DNA from: Octopus sinensis
Taxonomy: Eukaryota
Direction: 5' to 3'
Length of the DNA: 64,000 nt
NCBI RefSeq assembly: GCF_006345805.1
Contig: NC_042997.1
Span: 170,562,001 to 170,626,000 of the forward strand
Shown here in pieces: positions 1-12,689 of this stretch. Made by a program: the position numbers and the translations under genes. Under the pieces are notes generated by a model. It ran no database searches. It had not been told where the DNA came from and saw nothing but the letters and a program-made list of their open reading frames with translations. Every line of letters begins with the position of its first letter. Positions within the stretch are counted from its first letter, which is position 1.

Positions 1-52
1 AGCTGTGCTCGGTAGTGAAGTGAAAGCACGCTATAAAAATAAAACTACTGAA
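1..52 (+). mobile_element. 3' end of R4/Dong-type non-LTR retrotransposon
   Basis: Nearly identical to the 3' UTR end at 2386-2435, which follows an R4/Dong C-terminal ORF fragment; runs into (AAT)n. Confidence 0.6.
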
Positions 53-127
53 TAATAATAATGATAATAATAATAACAAATGCCCTGATGCAGTACCAGG
101 CAGTGGCTCTCGTGGCTTCTGATCTTA

Positions 128-306
128 ATACAAGGCCAGAAATTTTGTGGGTGTGGGTAAGTTGATTACATCGATCCCAGGTATACCCTCAGTATTTATT
201 TTATTGACCCCAAAAGGATGAAAGTCAAAGTCAGCCTCAGAAGTATTTGAACTCAGAATGTAAAGGCGGACGAAATGCCACTAAGAATTATGCCCAGTGT
301 GCTAAT
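128..306 (-). mobile_element. SINE family A (tRNA-derived, Meta/MESC-like central domain), diverged
   Basis: Matches the other A copies (ttattgacccc-aaaggatgaaag-caaagtc...tttgaactcagaa); inserted after a short duplicate of the element at 361. Confidence 0.75.
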
Positions 307-307
307 G

Positions 308-360
<53 letters not shown>

Positions 361-364
<4 letters not shown>

Positions 365-918
365 GCCCTGATGCAGTACCAGGCAGTGGCTCTCATGGCT
401 TCTGATCTTAACTGATTGGAAGTTAAGTCATGTACATTGTTTTGTCTTGGTATAAAAGATGGGCTACAGCAAATATTCTGCTCAATACCACAGATTTGCT
501 TGTCAGTTGTTTGACCATAACCAGTTGAGCATGTCCCTTAGTGGCTGACGATATGTGCATCTCTGATCACGAGCAGAAGTAGTGGGGGAGCATCATGGCC
601 ATGTGTTGAGAGGGATTCTTTGGGGTTTGAATAATTCACCTCTGGAAATATGGGTGTTTTGTTCAACTTCCTTAAACAATCCTTATTCAGGGACCTTTTG
701 AGCGGGATGGGTTACTCAACCAGAAGAAAATTCTAACTGGGCCCCACCTGCAAGGTCATGTGCTGTTTATCTTGATATGATATCACCATGTCGTGCACAT
801 ATGTTTGTGATGCATGTGCCTAGTGTACCCTTATCAGATGGGTAGTCATGATGGGTATATTGGGCTTTGTATATTTTACCCCAGTGTCACTTTGATGGCA
901 TGCACTGCTCTCTCACTC
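361..918 (+). mobile_element. Probable 3' portion of an (AAT)n-targeting non-LTR element (R4/Dong-like 3' UTR)
   Basis: Unique-looking 560 bp bracketed by (AAT)n; its first ~50 bp recur at 78-127; same context as neighbouring Dong ends, but no ORF attached here. Confidence 0.5.
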
Positions 919-979
<61 letters not shown>

Positions 980-980
980 G

Positions 981-1180
981 TCCTTTGTACTAAAGGCACA
1001 AAGCTGGAAATTTGTGGGGAGGAGACTAGTCAATTACATCGATCCCAGTGTTTCACTGATACTTAATTTATTGACCCCCCAAAAGGATGGAAGACAAAGT
1101 CAACCTTGGTGGAATTTGAACTCAGAATGCCACTACACATTTCGTCCAGTGAGCTAACAATTCTGCCAGCTCACTGCTTT
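981..1180 (-). mobile_element. SINE family A
   Basis: Family A central domain and tRNA-like head (rc of gagctggcagaa...ctgagttcaaattcc). Confidence 0.8.
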
Positions 1181-1190
1181 AATGATAATA

Positions 1191-1225
<35 letters not shown>

Positions 1226-1500
1226 ATTGATGATAATTTATGAAGATTGACATAACTTGTCATGAAATAAGCAATAAGAGCATGTTATGATTTGTAGTAA
1301 ATAGAGATTGACTCTGTTTATTAGATTAAATATTTTGACAGTCTGTCTACCTCCAGTTCTAAATAAAGACAGACATACTTTTGAAATATTGTTCAATTCA
1401 ATAAACAATTTATTACAAATTGTATCAGTCTCTTGTTGTTGTTGTTGTTGTGGTGGTGGTGTTGTTGTTGTTGTTCTTCTTCTTCTTCATCATCATCATT

Positions 1501-1535
<35 letters not shown>

Positions 1536-1561
1536 AATAATAATAATAATAATAATAATAA

Positions 1562-1776
1562 TCCTTTCTATTGTAGGCACAAGGCCTAAAATTTTTGGAG
1601 AGGGGACCAGTCGATTACATCAACCCTGGTGTTTCACTGGTACTTAATTTACTGACTCCGAAAGGATGAAAGGCAAAATCGACCTCAGTGGAATTTGAAC
1701 TCAGAGTGTAGCATCAGGTGAAATACTGCTAAGTATTTTTTCCTGTATGCTAATGAGTCTGCCAGCTTGCCACCTC
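1562..1776 (-). mobile_element. SINE family A
   Basis: Near full-length A copy between (AAT)n tracts. Confidence 0.85.
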
Positions 1777-2150
<374 letters not shown>

Positions 2151-2154
2151 ATGC

Positions 2155-2534
2155 AGATTAAAAGTAAGCCTAAAAACAGAAACAATTCCTATTATAGTAG
2201 GTGCATTAAGTATGACAGAAAAACGTTCAGACAAATACATAACAAAAGCCCCAGGACTTACAATTATATATAACATACAGAAAATAGCACTACTAGGCAC
2301 CGCACACATTCTACGTCAAACACTTTCCATACAATAACCATCAGAGCATCACAACAAATTACAGCACATACCTAAGGCACACAGAGCTGCGCTCGGTAGT
2401 GAAGTGAAAGCATGCTATAAAAATAAAACTACTGAATAATAATAATAAGCACCACAACAAATCACGGCACATATCCAAGGCACACAGAGTTGAGCTCAGT
2501 AGTGCAATGAAATCATGTGATAAAAATAAGACTA

Positions 2535-2538
<4 letters not shown>
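2155..2538 (+). mobile_element. R4/Dong LINE 3' end with duplicated 3' UTR
   Basis: TIPIIVGALSMTEKRSDKYITKAPGLTIIYNIQKIALLGTAHILRQTLS; UTR repeated at 2448-2538; ends in (AAT)n. Confidence 0.8.
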
Positions 2539-2572
<34 letters not shown>

Positions 2573-2639
2573 TAATAATAATAATAATAATAATAGTAAT
2601 AATAATGATAATAATGATGATGATGACATCATGACAATG

Positions 2640-3172
2640 TGGCAAGAATGATCCATTGGCAGTTCTGTGGAAATCACAGTCTACAAAGAGCAAACTCCAG
2701 GAGGAGTCACTCAAAATGAGAATTGCAAAATCTTATGGGATTCAATGACCAATGTGATCAGCCGACCAGATTTTGGAAACCAGACATTGTTGTGGTGAAT
2801 AAAAAAGAACATGTATGATAATTGACATAGCATGTCCCAGTGACAACAGGATCAATGTGAAAGAAGAAAAGATAAACAACTATGATCATTTGAAGTGTGA
2901 AATACAAAGGTTGTGGTCAAAGAGAGTAAACGCCATACCAGTTGTAATTGGTGCATTTGGACGTATCAGCACTCAACTACCAACATGGACGAAAAAGATT
3001 GGTGCAAGTGTGAAGACAGGAACACCTTCAAAAATCAGTATTGCTTGGAACTACAAGAATTCTTTGCAGGGTTCTTTGAAGCATGACCAATAAACAAGTG
3101 TCACCTTAGTCTGCTGGCTGTGGAAAGCTGACACTTTCCATCATACCCAACAAAATAAGCTGTGAGTTTTCA
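2640..3172 (+). mobile_element. R4/Dong LINE restriction-like endonuclease (RLE) relic plus 3' UTR
   Basis: KILWD...KPDIVVVNKK...IIDIACPSD...KEEKINNYDHL...IPVVIGAFG (PD-(D/E)xK RLE), frameshifted; ends in (AAT)n. Confidence 0.85.
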
Positions 3173-3317
3173 TATAATAATAATAATAATAGCAATAACA
3201 ATAAATTGAGCTTGGTAGGATTTGAACTCAGAATGTAAAGAGCTGGAAAAAATGTCACAAAGCAATTTTGCCTGCTGTTTTAATAATTCTGCTAATCAAG
3301 TATCCTAATAATAATAA

Positions 3318-3412
<95 letters not shown>

Positions 3413-3487
3413 CAACAGCAGCAGTAGTAGTAGTAGTAACAACAACAACAACAAAAAAACAATAATAATAACAATAACAATAATAAT

Positions 3488-3615
3488 GTTTCTTTCAAAC
3501 TTTGGCACAAAGTGAGCAATTTAGGGGTGTAGGTAAGTTGATTACACCAACCCCAGTACTCAGCTGGCACCTATTTTATTGACACCTGAAGAAAGAAAGG
3601 CAAAGTTGATCTTGG
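3488..3615 (-). mobile_element. SINE family A, partial
   Basis: Tail and central domain of family A; another fragment at 3205-3300. Confidence 0.6.
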
Positions 3616-4569
3616 GGATAGATGCCTAAGACACTGGAAAGAAAACTTAACACTAATGGAAATGGAATTCAAACAAAACTAAATACTATAACACATTGAA
3701 ACATTGCATTCTACTCTTTCAGTTACTTTCATCATTCTCAAACTATTGGGCAATTTTGATTTTATTTTTTGATAGAGACAAAGTCAAATGTTGTAGAATC
3801 TATAGTCCCCTCCAGTATAGTACTGACACTTATTGTTTTGAACCTAAGGAGGCCGAAAAGTAAAAAGCTGATTCTGGTAGAACTAGAACTTATGTTGGTG
3901 AGGAACAAAAACAAATGCTGCAAAGCATTTAGCCCAGAAATCTACCATTTCTGTCTTTGATGTCTTTGATAATTATTGGCTTATAACTTAATAGTATCAT
4001 GTATAGAGAAGACTGATCTTGAAATATTAATAACATGACCTATACCATTTTATAAACATCTATGATCAACATAAAGTAAAGACAAAAATATAATAATATA
4101 CATGTGATCATTGTTGCAATTCATTAGAAATGTTATAAATTATATCTACTGAGATTAGCAATTTTATCTGACTTAATTTGTTGGGGGATTGATCATGGTT
4201 GTTGAGTGCTGGATATTCCATACAGTCAACTGATAACATTGTTTTTCAATCTCACTGAATTTATGTTGGTCATTCCATTTTGGCTTATAGATAAATTTCT
4301 TTTCCTGTTCTAATGTCAGATATAAAATAGTGGAGATTGAAAATTATTTATGATATTAAAATGAGGTAAGGTTCTTTTTCTTGGCATTTTGTCTTGGGAA
4401 AGAAATTCAAACCAATTATTGACATGACATATTTCATCTAAGATTTTGAGATCCGGAGTATTGAATACAAATATTTGATGTTTAAATCGTTTAGCAATAT
4501 TTCTTTCTTAACATATCCAAGTCAACCTTGTCAGTTTCCATAAATTTCATTGATATTTCTGAAAGGTTC

Positions 4570-4765
4570 AAGTTGTTTACCCCAAGTCAACTTTGATCTA
4601 GCACACACATGAACATAGGTACACCAGATGTGACCTTCGAGTCATTTTATCAGACATAGGTCTATAAGACTACATTATCGAATGTATTCTTTCTTAAAGA
4701 TTTTAGGGTGATTTAGTTGCTATTTCTGATAGTTCTAATGTCCACATAGAGGCCTATTTCATTAA
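4570..4765 (+). repeat. Old dispersed repeat family F (unclassified)
   Basis: Motifs gtcaactYtgat...tgtgacc...gactacattatc...tttRgYtgYtatttct recur at ~7780-7915, 21710-21870, 43105-43330, 48535-48720 (+) and 62915-63060 (-). Confidence 0.55.
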
Positions 4766-4829
4766 CTTGTTTTACTTTAAGTTATTACATTATGTTAACT
4801 GTATAACACACTCTCCTCCTCCTCCTCCT

Positions 4830-5565
4830 AGAAGAGAGATTAATTCCTGTTCACAATGAAGGCAGGAGCCCAGGAGGTCCCTGTGCAGAGACAGTCCAAA
4901 CACAGATAGATGTTAGTGAATGACCGGTAGAGCAGAAGTGGCACAAGATCGGGATGTCACTGCCAAGTCTGATGTCTCTGAGGTGCTCCATGAACTGGTC
5001 AGCCAAGCAGTATCCTGTTTGACTAATGTACAGGGATAGACAGAGAGAGTAGGAGATGCAGGTAAAGGAGTCGGTGACGTGATAGGGACAGTGATGGGTG
5101 CCTGTGAGGATGGTGGTGCTGGAGAGGTAGAGTAGAAGTGAAACGGGTGCGACAGTGTGGGTGGGAGCAGGGGAAAGAGTCAGGCTGGGAGGTGGGGGTA
5201 GAGAAGAAACTGTGGACCAGGAGGTGCGAGGTGGAGGGGTCAGACTGGAGTTGCTGGAAGGCTCGGAGAATGGTGCATTGGAGGGGTAGGGTGATGGGGT
5301 GGTAGGTGAAGGGAAACGGGAGACAGGTAAGGATGGGATGGGTGGAAGGAGAAAGAGCAGAGGCATGGTCCACAGATCATATCTGGGCAAGGGCACTGTG
5401 GATAATGGTGAGAGGATATCTATGTAAGATGAAGTGATGAGCTATGAGTTTAGACTGAGTCTCAAAGTCATGGTTATGACTGCAGAACCAATGTAGATGG
5501 AGGAATTGGGAGTAGGAGATGGAGAGCTTGGTGTGGGTAGGGGGAGGAGGAGGAGGCGTTAAGGC
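4830..5565 (-). mobile_element. Penelope-like element, 3' ORF relic (post-RT helix region and GIY-YIG endonuclease)
   Basis: LSISYSQFLHL...FETQSKLIAHHFILHRYP, then C....C and YISQTGYCLADQFMEHLRDIR...HFCSTGHS. Confidence 0.8.
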
Positions 5566-5579
5566 AGGAGTGTGAGTCA

Positions 5580-5830
5580 GTGTCTCTGAGACATCTGACT
5601 TGGCAATGACACCCCAGTCTTGTGTTATTTCTGCTTTATTGGTCATTCGCTACAACATATGTCTGTGTTTGGACTGTCTCTGCACAGGGTTCACCTGGAC
5701 TCCCGCTTTGCTGTGAACAGGAATTAATCTTCTCTCTTCGTTCTTTTGCACCACATGGGCTCAACTCACTTCCTCTCTTCATCTGATACCAACCCCACAC
5801 GGATTCACACATACCTCCCACATTCAACTC
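5580..5830 (+). mobile_element. Penelope-like element, second 3' end in inverted orientation
   Basis: Reverse-complement match to 4830-4985; encodes ...EQELIFSLRSFAPHGLN C-terminus. Confidence 0.75.
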
Positions 5831-5836
5831 CCCCTT

Positions 5837-6156
5837 CATGGCTCAATGATTGGAGCGTTGAGCTTACGATCGTGAGGTTGTGAATTCGAATCCTGGACCA
5901 GGCTGCATGTTGTGTTCTTGAGCAAGACACTTTATTTTACGTTGCTCCAGTTCACTCAGCTGTAGGAATGAGTTGTGACGTCACAGGTGCCAAGCTGTAT
6001 CAGCCGTTGCCTTTTCCTTAGATAACATTGGTGGTGTGGAGAGGGGAGGCCGGTATGCATGGGTGACTGCTGGTCTTCCATAAACAACCTTGCCTAGACT
6101 TGTACCTGGGAGGGTAACTTTCTAGGTGCAATCCCATGGTCTGTGTCGTGACCGAA
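5837..6156 (+). mobile_element. SINE family D (tRNA head plus CORE-like box), long-body variant
   Basis: A/B-box-like tggctcaatgattgg...ttcgaatcc, then gtgttcttgagcaagacac and ttgctccagttcactcagctg. Confidence 0.75.
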
Positions 6157-6368
6157 TTGTTAGCACGCCTGGTGAAATGCTTAGCGGTATTTCGTCTGTC
6201 GTTACATTCTGAGTTCAAATTCTGTTGAGGTTGACTTTGACTTTCATCCTCTCGGGGCCGATAAATAAAGTACCAGGTTCGCACTGGGTCGATTTAATCA
6301 ACTTAATTCGTTTGTCTGTCCTTGTTTGTCCCCTCTATGTTTAACCCCTTGTGGGTAGTAAAGAAATA
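6157..6368 (+). mobile_element. SINE family A, 5' clipped
   Basis: A body ending ccccttgtgggtagtaaagaaata followed by (TA)n. Confidence 0.85.
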
Positions 6369-6689
6369 TATATATATATATATATATATAAATATATACA
6401 GAGAGAGAGAGAGAGAGAGATAATTTGTATTTGTCTGGTAACTGACCAGTGGTCATAATACAGCCATAATACTTACCCCACTCAACTTCAGTAATGGAAT
6501 GTGACAACTACTGCAATCATCTATAATCTCTGACACACACATCTCTCACAGACACACACAAACTGACTCAAATGGTATAAATACTCTTTTCTGTTGTCAT
6601 CACAATGACAGCAGTTTTTCTTAACAATACATGAATGTTTGCATTTAGACATCACACAAATTTTTTGTTGTCGTGTTGTCTAGACATGG

Positions 6690-7072
6690 CCGATACTAGT
6701 GCTGTTTGACTGGTACCCATGCCGGTGGCACATAAAAGCACTGTTTGAGTGTTGGACCTCAAGCAGACAATGACAGGTGACCAAAACCTTTGGTGGTATA
6801 CCATGCTTGTGCAGGATCTGTCAAGCCAAGTGATTCCATAGTCATGGCTGATGATGGTGTCAAGTCAATGGCATCTGTGCTGGTAGCACATAAAAAACAC
6901 TCACTACATTCTTAGAGTGGTTGGCATTAGGAAGAGCATTCTGCTGTAGAAACCTTACCAAATAAGATTGGAACTTGGTGCAGACCCCTGGCTTACCAGT
7001 TTCCAGTTAAACTGTTCAACCCATGCTAGTATGTGAAGCGGGCGTTAAATGATGATGATGATGATGATGATG
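6690..7072 (+). mobile_element. RTE LINE 3' end (family C tail)
   Basis: Similar to 33465-33545 and to the gagtggttggcattaggaaggg...cccatgctag...(GAT)n tail. Confidence 0.75.
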
Positions 7073-8153
7073 AACCAATCAACTATCTTATTACAGAATT
7101 ATGTATTCATAAGATGAGTTATATAATGATGTCATCAGTTTTATGGACATTTTCTCCATTTCAGATGTTTCGTATAATTTCCAATAGTTTTTCAAGTGAT
7201 ATTCCTGAGTTACACCAAAGAATGAACTGGGAACTTTTATGTTACTAATTGGGTTTATTGTTCTAACCACTACCCCTTTTGTGTCTGAGTAAAGCAGCCA
7301 ATTCAATGACTTACTTTATAAAAGATAGACACCAAACTTTCTGGGAAAAGTAACATGATATAATGGCATTCTTAAATTTGAAAGATTTATTTCCCAACAG
7401 CTCAAGGAGAAAACAACTGTAAGATAAACTATTAACATTTTGAAACTCTTGGGCTTCTGAATGGACTGGCAAATTTTCTGTAACCTTATCATTTTATCTC
7501 TCTATCCTAAGGATGTATGAGACTTTTATTGACAATTTTTGCCAAATGTGTTATTTAAATTGTGATACCCTTGACTATTGCTTAGAAAACTCTACATCAG
7601 TTGTTTCCAAACATTTTCAGATTAATGCTTTCCTGGCTCCCAGGCTACATTCTGCAAAATCAAAACAACTGTATTTCACAAATAAAATGTAACCTAGTAA
7701 ACCCATTTATTATACATCACACCAGAAACTCCATTGTTTTCACATTTTTTATGGGATGGATGAGCATGGTGTGGGCTTCTCATTCCAGATATGACCATCC
7801 TGTTTTTTGGCATATATAAAACTACATTATCTGATATATGTCTTCTTCATTTAAGATGATAAAGTTTGAGAGAAATTTGGCTGCTTTTTTAGCAGGTTGA
7901 GTGACCGTGTAAAGATGTTCTTATTTGTTGTGTTAGACAGGATTTTTCCAATGTTGTTTAGAGCAAGACCTGTCAGTTCTTATCTCACATCTCTCTTCAA
8001 TAAAGTATTATTTATAATTTCATGATTGCAAATCTGATCAAGATATTTGCTGAATGCTTTGCTTTTCTGTTGCAGACGTTGCTTCAGCATTGCAATCTAC
8101 ACCTCATATTAAGTTATCACAAGAGAATTTCCTTGCAAAGGAAATATATCTAC

Positions 8154-8600
8154 ATCATCATCATCATCGTCGTTGTCCTTGTCGTCGTTTAACGCCCGTT
8201 TTCCATGCTGGCATGGGTTGGATGGTTTGATTGGGGACTGACAAACCAGGAGGCTGCACCAAGCTCCAACTTGATCTACAGCTGGATGCCCTTCCTAATG
8301 CCAACCACTCTGAGAGTGTAGTGGGTGCTTTTTACGTACCACCATCAGGCAGCACTGGCATCAGCCACATTTGGATGGTGCTTTTTATCTCAGGATAGTG
8401 AGAGAAAATGATAAGGTTACAGAAAATTTGCCAGTCCATTCAGAAGCCTAAGAGTTTCAAAATGTTAATAGTTTATCTCACAGTTGTTTTTCCTTGAGCT
8501 GTTGAAAAATAAATCTTTCAATAAATCAGGAATCAGTCGGGGCGGGGCTGGTGGGCTGGCATCAACCATGTTTGGATGGTGCTTTTTATGTGCCACCATT
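8154..8600 (-). mobile_element. RTE 3' tail (family C) interrupted by a 130-bp inverted copy of 7378-7508
   Basis: (CAT)n-gtttaacg...ggatgcccttcctaatgccaaccac; foreign insert at 8392-8521. Confidence 0.8.
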
Positions 8601-9221
8601 GTTGAAATTAAAATTTCCAGTAATACTGTTTGTTGTGTTTGTGACAGCAACAAGTTCATAATAACAAGAAAGTGAGTTTAAAGCTTCACACAACTACTGT
8701 AATTGAGTATTGCTGTTCACCTGTGTTATTCAAACAACACACTATATCTGACATGAAACTGCTAGTCACCTGTAATAATCCTGACCATGTGCAAGTATGC
8801 AAACTGCATGTAGCAACATTGGTATAACCATATTACTATCTGAATTGATAGATATAGTGTGCAGATGTTAACTAGATACATATACGTATGATAATAGAAT
8901 CATGTATAATAAAAAGCACAGGAGTTGATGTAATTGACTACACACCTCCCACAAACATTTCAGGCTGCCTTCCTATAGTAGAAATGACTATGATTACTAT
9001 TGCCAGACTTAGACTTAACGAGACCCTAAGCTATATAGAGCTTGGAGGTCCCTTGATAAAATATTACAGCAAAATATCTAACAAAAGTTGAAAACAAATA
9101 GTCTTTTCGTTATTTCAAAGCCCCTTCAGATTGTAATTTGAATGCACATACATTTACTGGGTTGCTGATATTTAGAAATGGTTTCTCCCAAGGTTTTGAT
9201 GCACCTTTTTTGTACTATTAT

Positions 9222-9465
9222 GGAGGCATGTGGCTTAGTAGTTAGGGTGGCAGCATCATGATCGTAAGATTGTGGTTTCGATTCCTGGACCGAGCAAAAC
9301 ACTTCATTTCATGTTGCTCCAGTCGACTCAGCTGGCAAAAATGAGTAACGCTGCAACGGACTGGCATCCCATCCAGCTGGGGAACTCATAAGCCATTGAA
9401 ACCGGGAAACCGGGCCCATGAGCCTGGCTAGGCTTTAAAAGGGCGCATTTATTATTTATTTTATT
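9222..9465 (+). mobile_element. SINE family D
   Basis: ggaggcatgtggcttagtagttagggtg...gtttcgattcc tRNA-like head; (ATTT)n tail. Confidence 0.8.
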
Positions 9466-9899
9466 TTTCTACTATTAATAAAACAGTCAGTATTTTTGAG
9501 AACCCAGGTATGCTAGTAATATTACAGATATAGCATTGCTTCAACCAACAGAAATAAGTTGTGTTAGACATTACATCTTTGTGACTTCTGAATTTCCTTT
9601 ACGATCCTGCATTTCCTACATTATGATGTTGTACTACTGATTCAGTTGCTGTAAAGATTAGCCTGATTTAGTAGTAATGGCATTATGGGAGGTGTTGGTG
9701 ATTGGATATTATCTTCAGTAGAAATTGGAGAAATCAATAGTGTTAACCTTTGTTAATAACGTTAATATTACTACAGGGGATCATGTGCGATCAAGTAGTA
9801 GCTCTAAAGGAGATGGAGAAACTGGTGATGACAGTCCATTGATAACATTATCATCATAACAAATGTACTTCAGGAGGGATATTTAAGAGCTATTTGTTT

Positions 9900-11150
9900 A
9901 ATTAATGCTAGCAGAGGGTTTTCATTATTCAGGTTTAAGCTAGCCTGAATCAAATAACGTGCAAAATTTACTTATATTGTTCTTGTAATGAACCATTTGT
10001 CCAATCTAGTAAGAAGTATTTACTGCTAATTCTTAATAGTCTGTCAAATAACATTTCTGATCAAGATTACTATTATGCACCAAGCATTACTATGATGGTT
10101 TGAAGGAACCTTCAGCAAATACTCATCGAAATTTCTAAACGATGGACTGTAATGTTTCATGCAGACTTGATTATCTGCTCAGTTCTTTCTGCTGCATCTC
10201 TAGATTTTGGACTGTAGGAAGGACTTTCAATCTTCTTGTAATGATGTCACTTTAAGTAATTCTTTAACCCTTTCATTACCATATTTATTTTGAGATGTTC
10301 TTCATTTCTTTCGATTACTTTAAATATAACAAAGAATTTAGCAAAATAAGTTAGTTATCATTAAGCTAGTGTTAGGAACATAGATTGTGACTAAGGTTTA
10401 GTAGAAGATTTTAATTCAAAACTTATGAAAACGAGACATTTGTACTACAGAGCCAGAGCCAGTTTCAGCCGGGTTGGTAATGAAAAGGTTAATCAAATGA
10501 CTTCTAGCCAGCGTCTGATAGCAATGGTATTGGAACACCAAACCTAGAGAACATGGATCATTGACATTTTCTCACATTTTCTAAGCTTCCACTGGAACAG
10601 GGAAATGGTTTCAGTCTAAGAATTGGCTGAGTCAAATGTAATCAACACATTTTCAGCCTTTTATAGTTATTCCCATTGTATTTGAAGTTTTTCTAAGAAC
10701 TGGGATTCAGACAACTTATCAGTGCAAGGGGTATCTTTACATTTGATTTTAGCACCACATGTCACAAGATTTGATAAATTCTTCAGTATCTCTACTTATG
10801 TCCAACCAGCAAACAAGTTTTTGTTTTCTTCAGTGTTCTTTACATCATCTTTGGTTATAGATCTGTTCAAGTGCAGAAACAAAATAGCCTGTTTTTACAT
10901 CAATCTCTGCAGTTAGTTCAGAAGAGTGTCTGGTGAATTGTTATTCTAAAAGAGTTGGTCTAGACCAATCTTTTCACTTAATGAGATTGTTCAAGTAAAA
11001 TTAAAATGACATATGTATTAAAATGATTTCTTTTATGGTTTCAGCAGTCTGAGTATCAACAAAAACTAATTCATTTGTAACTGTGTCAAAATCTAATGTA
11101 TTTGTAAAAAACACTATCAACCACCAGAGTATACTTCAGTCTGCTAAGAA
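9900..11150 (-). mobile_element. Gypsy-type LTR retrotransposon integrase relic
   Basis: Degenerate reading on - strand: RDTEEFIKSCD (HHCC region), MFSRFGVPIPLLSD, KIESPSYSPKSRDAAERTEQIIKSA (P..SNG.AER), SEMLFDRLLR, IGQMVHYK; split by the MITE at 10268. Confidence 0.7.
10268..10488. mobile_element. piggyBac-type MITE
   Basis: TTAA on both sides (10264-67, 10489-92); TIR ccctttcattacc / ggtaatgaaaagg. Confidence 0.8.
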
Positions 11151-11174
11151 CATTAACATGACTTATGGTTTTTA

Positions 11175-11330
11175 CTGGGCTTCTGAGGGAGTAGAAGGAT
11201 AACCAACAACTGATGAAGGGCCGTCTTTTTATGTTACTTGTCTTGTTTTCCATTTGTTTCTCTCGTTGTTTGCATACCCAACTTTATTTTCGTATTTTAT
11301 GTTGTTTACGTTTTGTGACATCCTGTACCC
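11175..11330 (+). repeat. Probable Penelope pLTR-like 3' fragment
   Basis: actgatgaaggg followed by a T-rich tail into TA/CA microsatellite; the GAAA half of a hammerhead is absent. Confidence 0.3.
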
Positions 11331-11469
11331 ATATATACATACCTATATACACATGTATGTATATATGCATATGTGTGTGTGTATATATATATATTATTTA
11401 TATTATTATTTGATTGAATGCCACGCATCCATTTCCCAGTAAGTTTATCTTAATATATATATATATATA

Positions 11470-11897
11470 GGCGCAGGAGTGGCTGTGTGGTAAGTAGCTT
11501 GCTAACCAACCACATGGTTCCGGGTTCAGTCCCACTGCATGGCATCTTGGGCAAGTATCTTCTGCTATAGCCTCGGGCCGACCAATGCCTTGTGAGTGGA
11601 TTTGATAGACGGAAACTGAAAGAAGCCTGTCGTATATATGTATATATATATATGTATGTGTGTGTATGTGTTTGTGTGTGTATGTGTTTGTGTGTCTGTG
11701 TTTGTCCCCCTAGCATTGCTTGACAACTGATGCTGGTGTGTTTACGTCCCTGTCACTTAGCGGTTCGGCAAAAGAGACCGATAGAATAAGTACTGGGCTT
11801 ACAAAGAATAAGTCCCGGGGTCTATTTGCTCGACTAAAGGCGGTGCTCCAGCATGGCCACAGTCAAATGACTGAAACAAGTAAAAGAGTAAAAGAGT
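11470..11897 (+). mobile_element. SINE family B, full length (tRNA head, CORE-like box, internal TA/TG microsatellite)
   Basis: ggcgcaggagtggctgtgtggtaag...ggttcagtccc...cttgggcaagt...tgactgaaacaagtaaaagagtaaaagag. Confidence 0.9.
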
Positions 11898-12166
11898 AAT
11901 ATGTATATATGTTGGTATGGGTTGTTCTTTATATAGAATATTTTAATATTCTAAATAATTGTTATTTTCAGAAACCATTTGGCTGACATGCTAAAAGGAA
12001 AAGAAAACAAGAACCACAAAAAAAGAATCTAAAAACAAACCCATGATATAACTAATTAGACTATTTTCTTTCTTTTCTCGTTTTCAGTTTTAAATTTTCA
12101 TTTTACTGCATTAAGATTTAATTTATGTATCTCATTATTTCCAGGCATTTAATTATCTCTAAATAG

Positions 12167-12212
12167 TTGGACTGCAAAAGAAAGAAGAGAATGTGGAAAC
12201 AACATTGATTAA
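12167..12212 (+). CDS. Candidate exon (GLQKKEENVETTLI), phase 1 to 2
   Basis: ctaaatag|...TTAA|gtattt; only one frame open, and it matches the phases of 16389 and 22134. Confidence 0.3.
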
Positions 12213-12689
12213 GTATTTTTATTTGTTCTCCTCCTACTTGATTTTTTTTGGTTTCTTTTATTCCTTCCTTCTATTAAATATTTTCATCTAATTAACTAGT
12301 ATTTTTGATGAATATATACTGTTTTTGGTGACCAGGAAAATATAACTTCGATAATATGATGTTTTTTGCTGGGTCTTGTAGCTGTTGATGTTGTTGTTGA
12401 GTCTAGAATCTAAACTGATAATTGCTCATTTATGTTAACATAAAGTTAGCAAAATATTATTTATTTTAAACGTTTTTTTTTTGTTTCTGCATTTGTGTTT
12501 TGTTTGTTACTCTGTGCACATAAGTCTATACATGTGTATGTGCGTGTATATATGTATTTATGTAAATACACATTTATATATATATACATATATATACATC
12601 TCTATATCTCTATATCTAAATCTATATCTATGTCTCTCTCTCTATATATATATAAAGAAAATAAGACAAGGTAGAAAATGCTAAAATAA

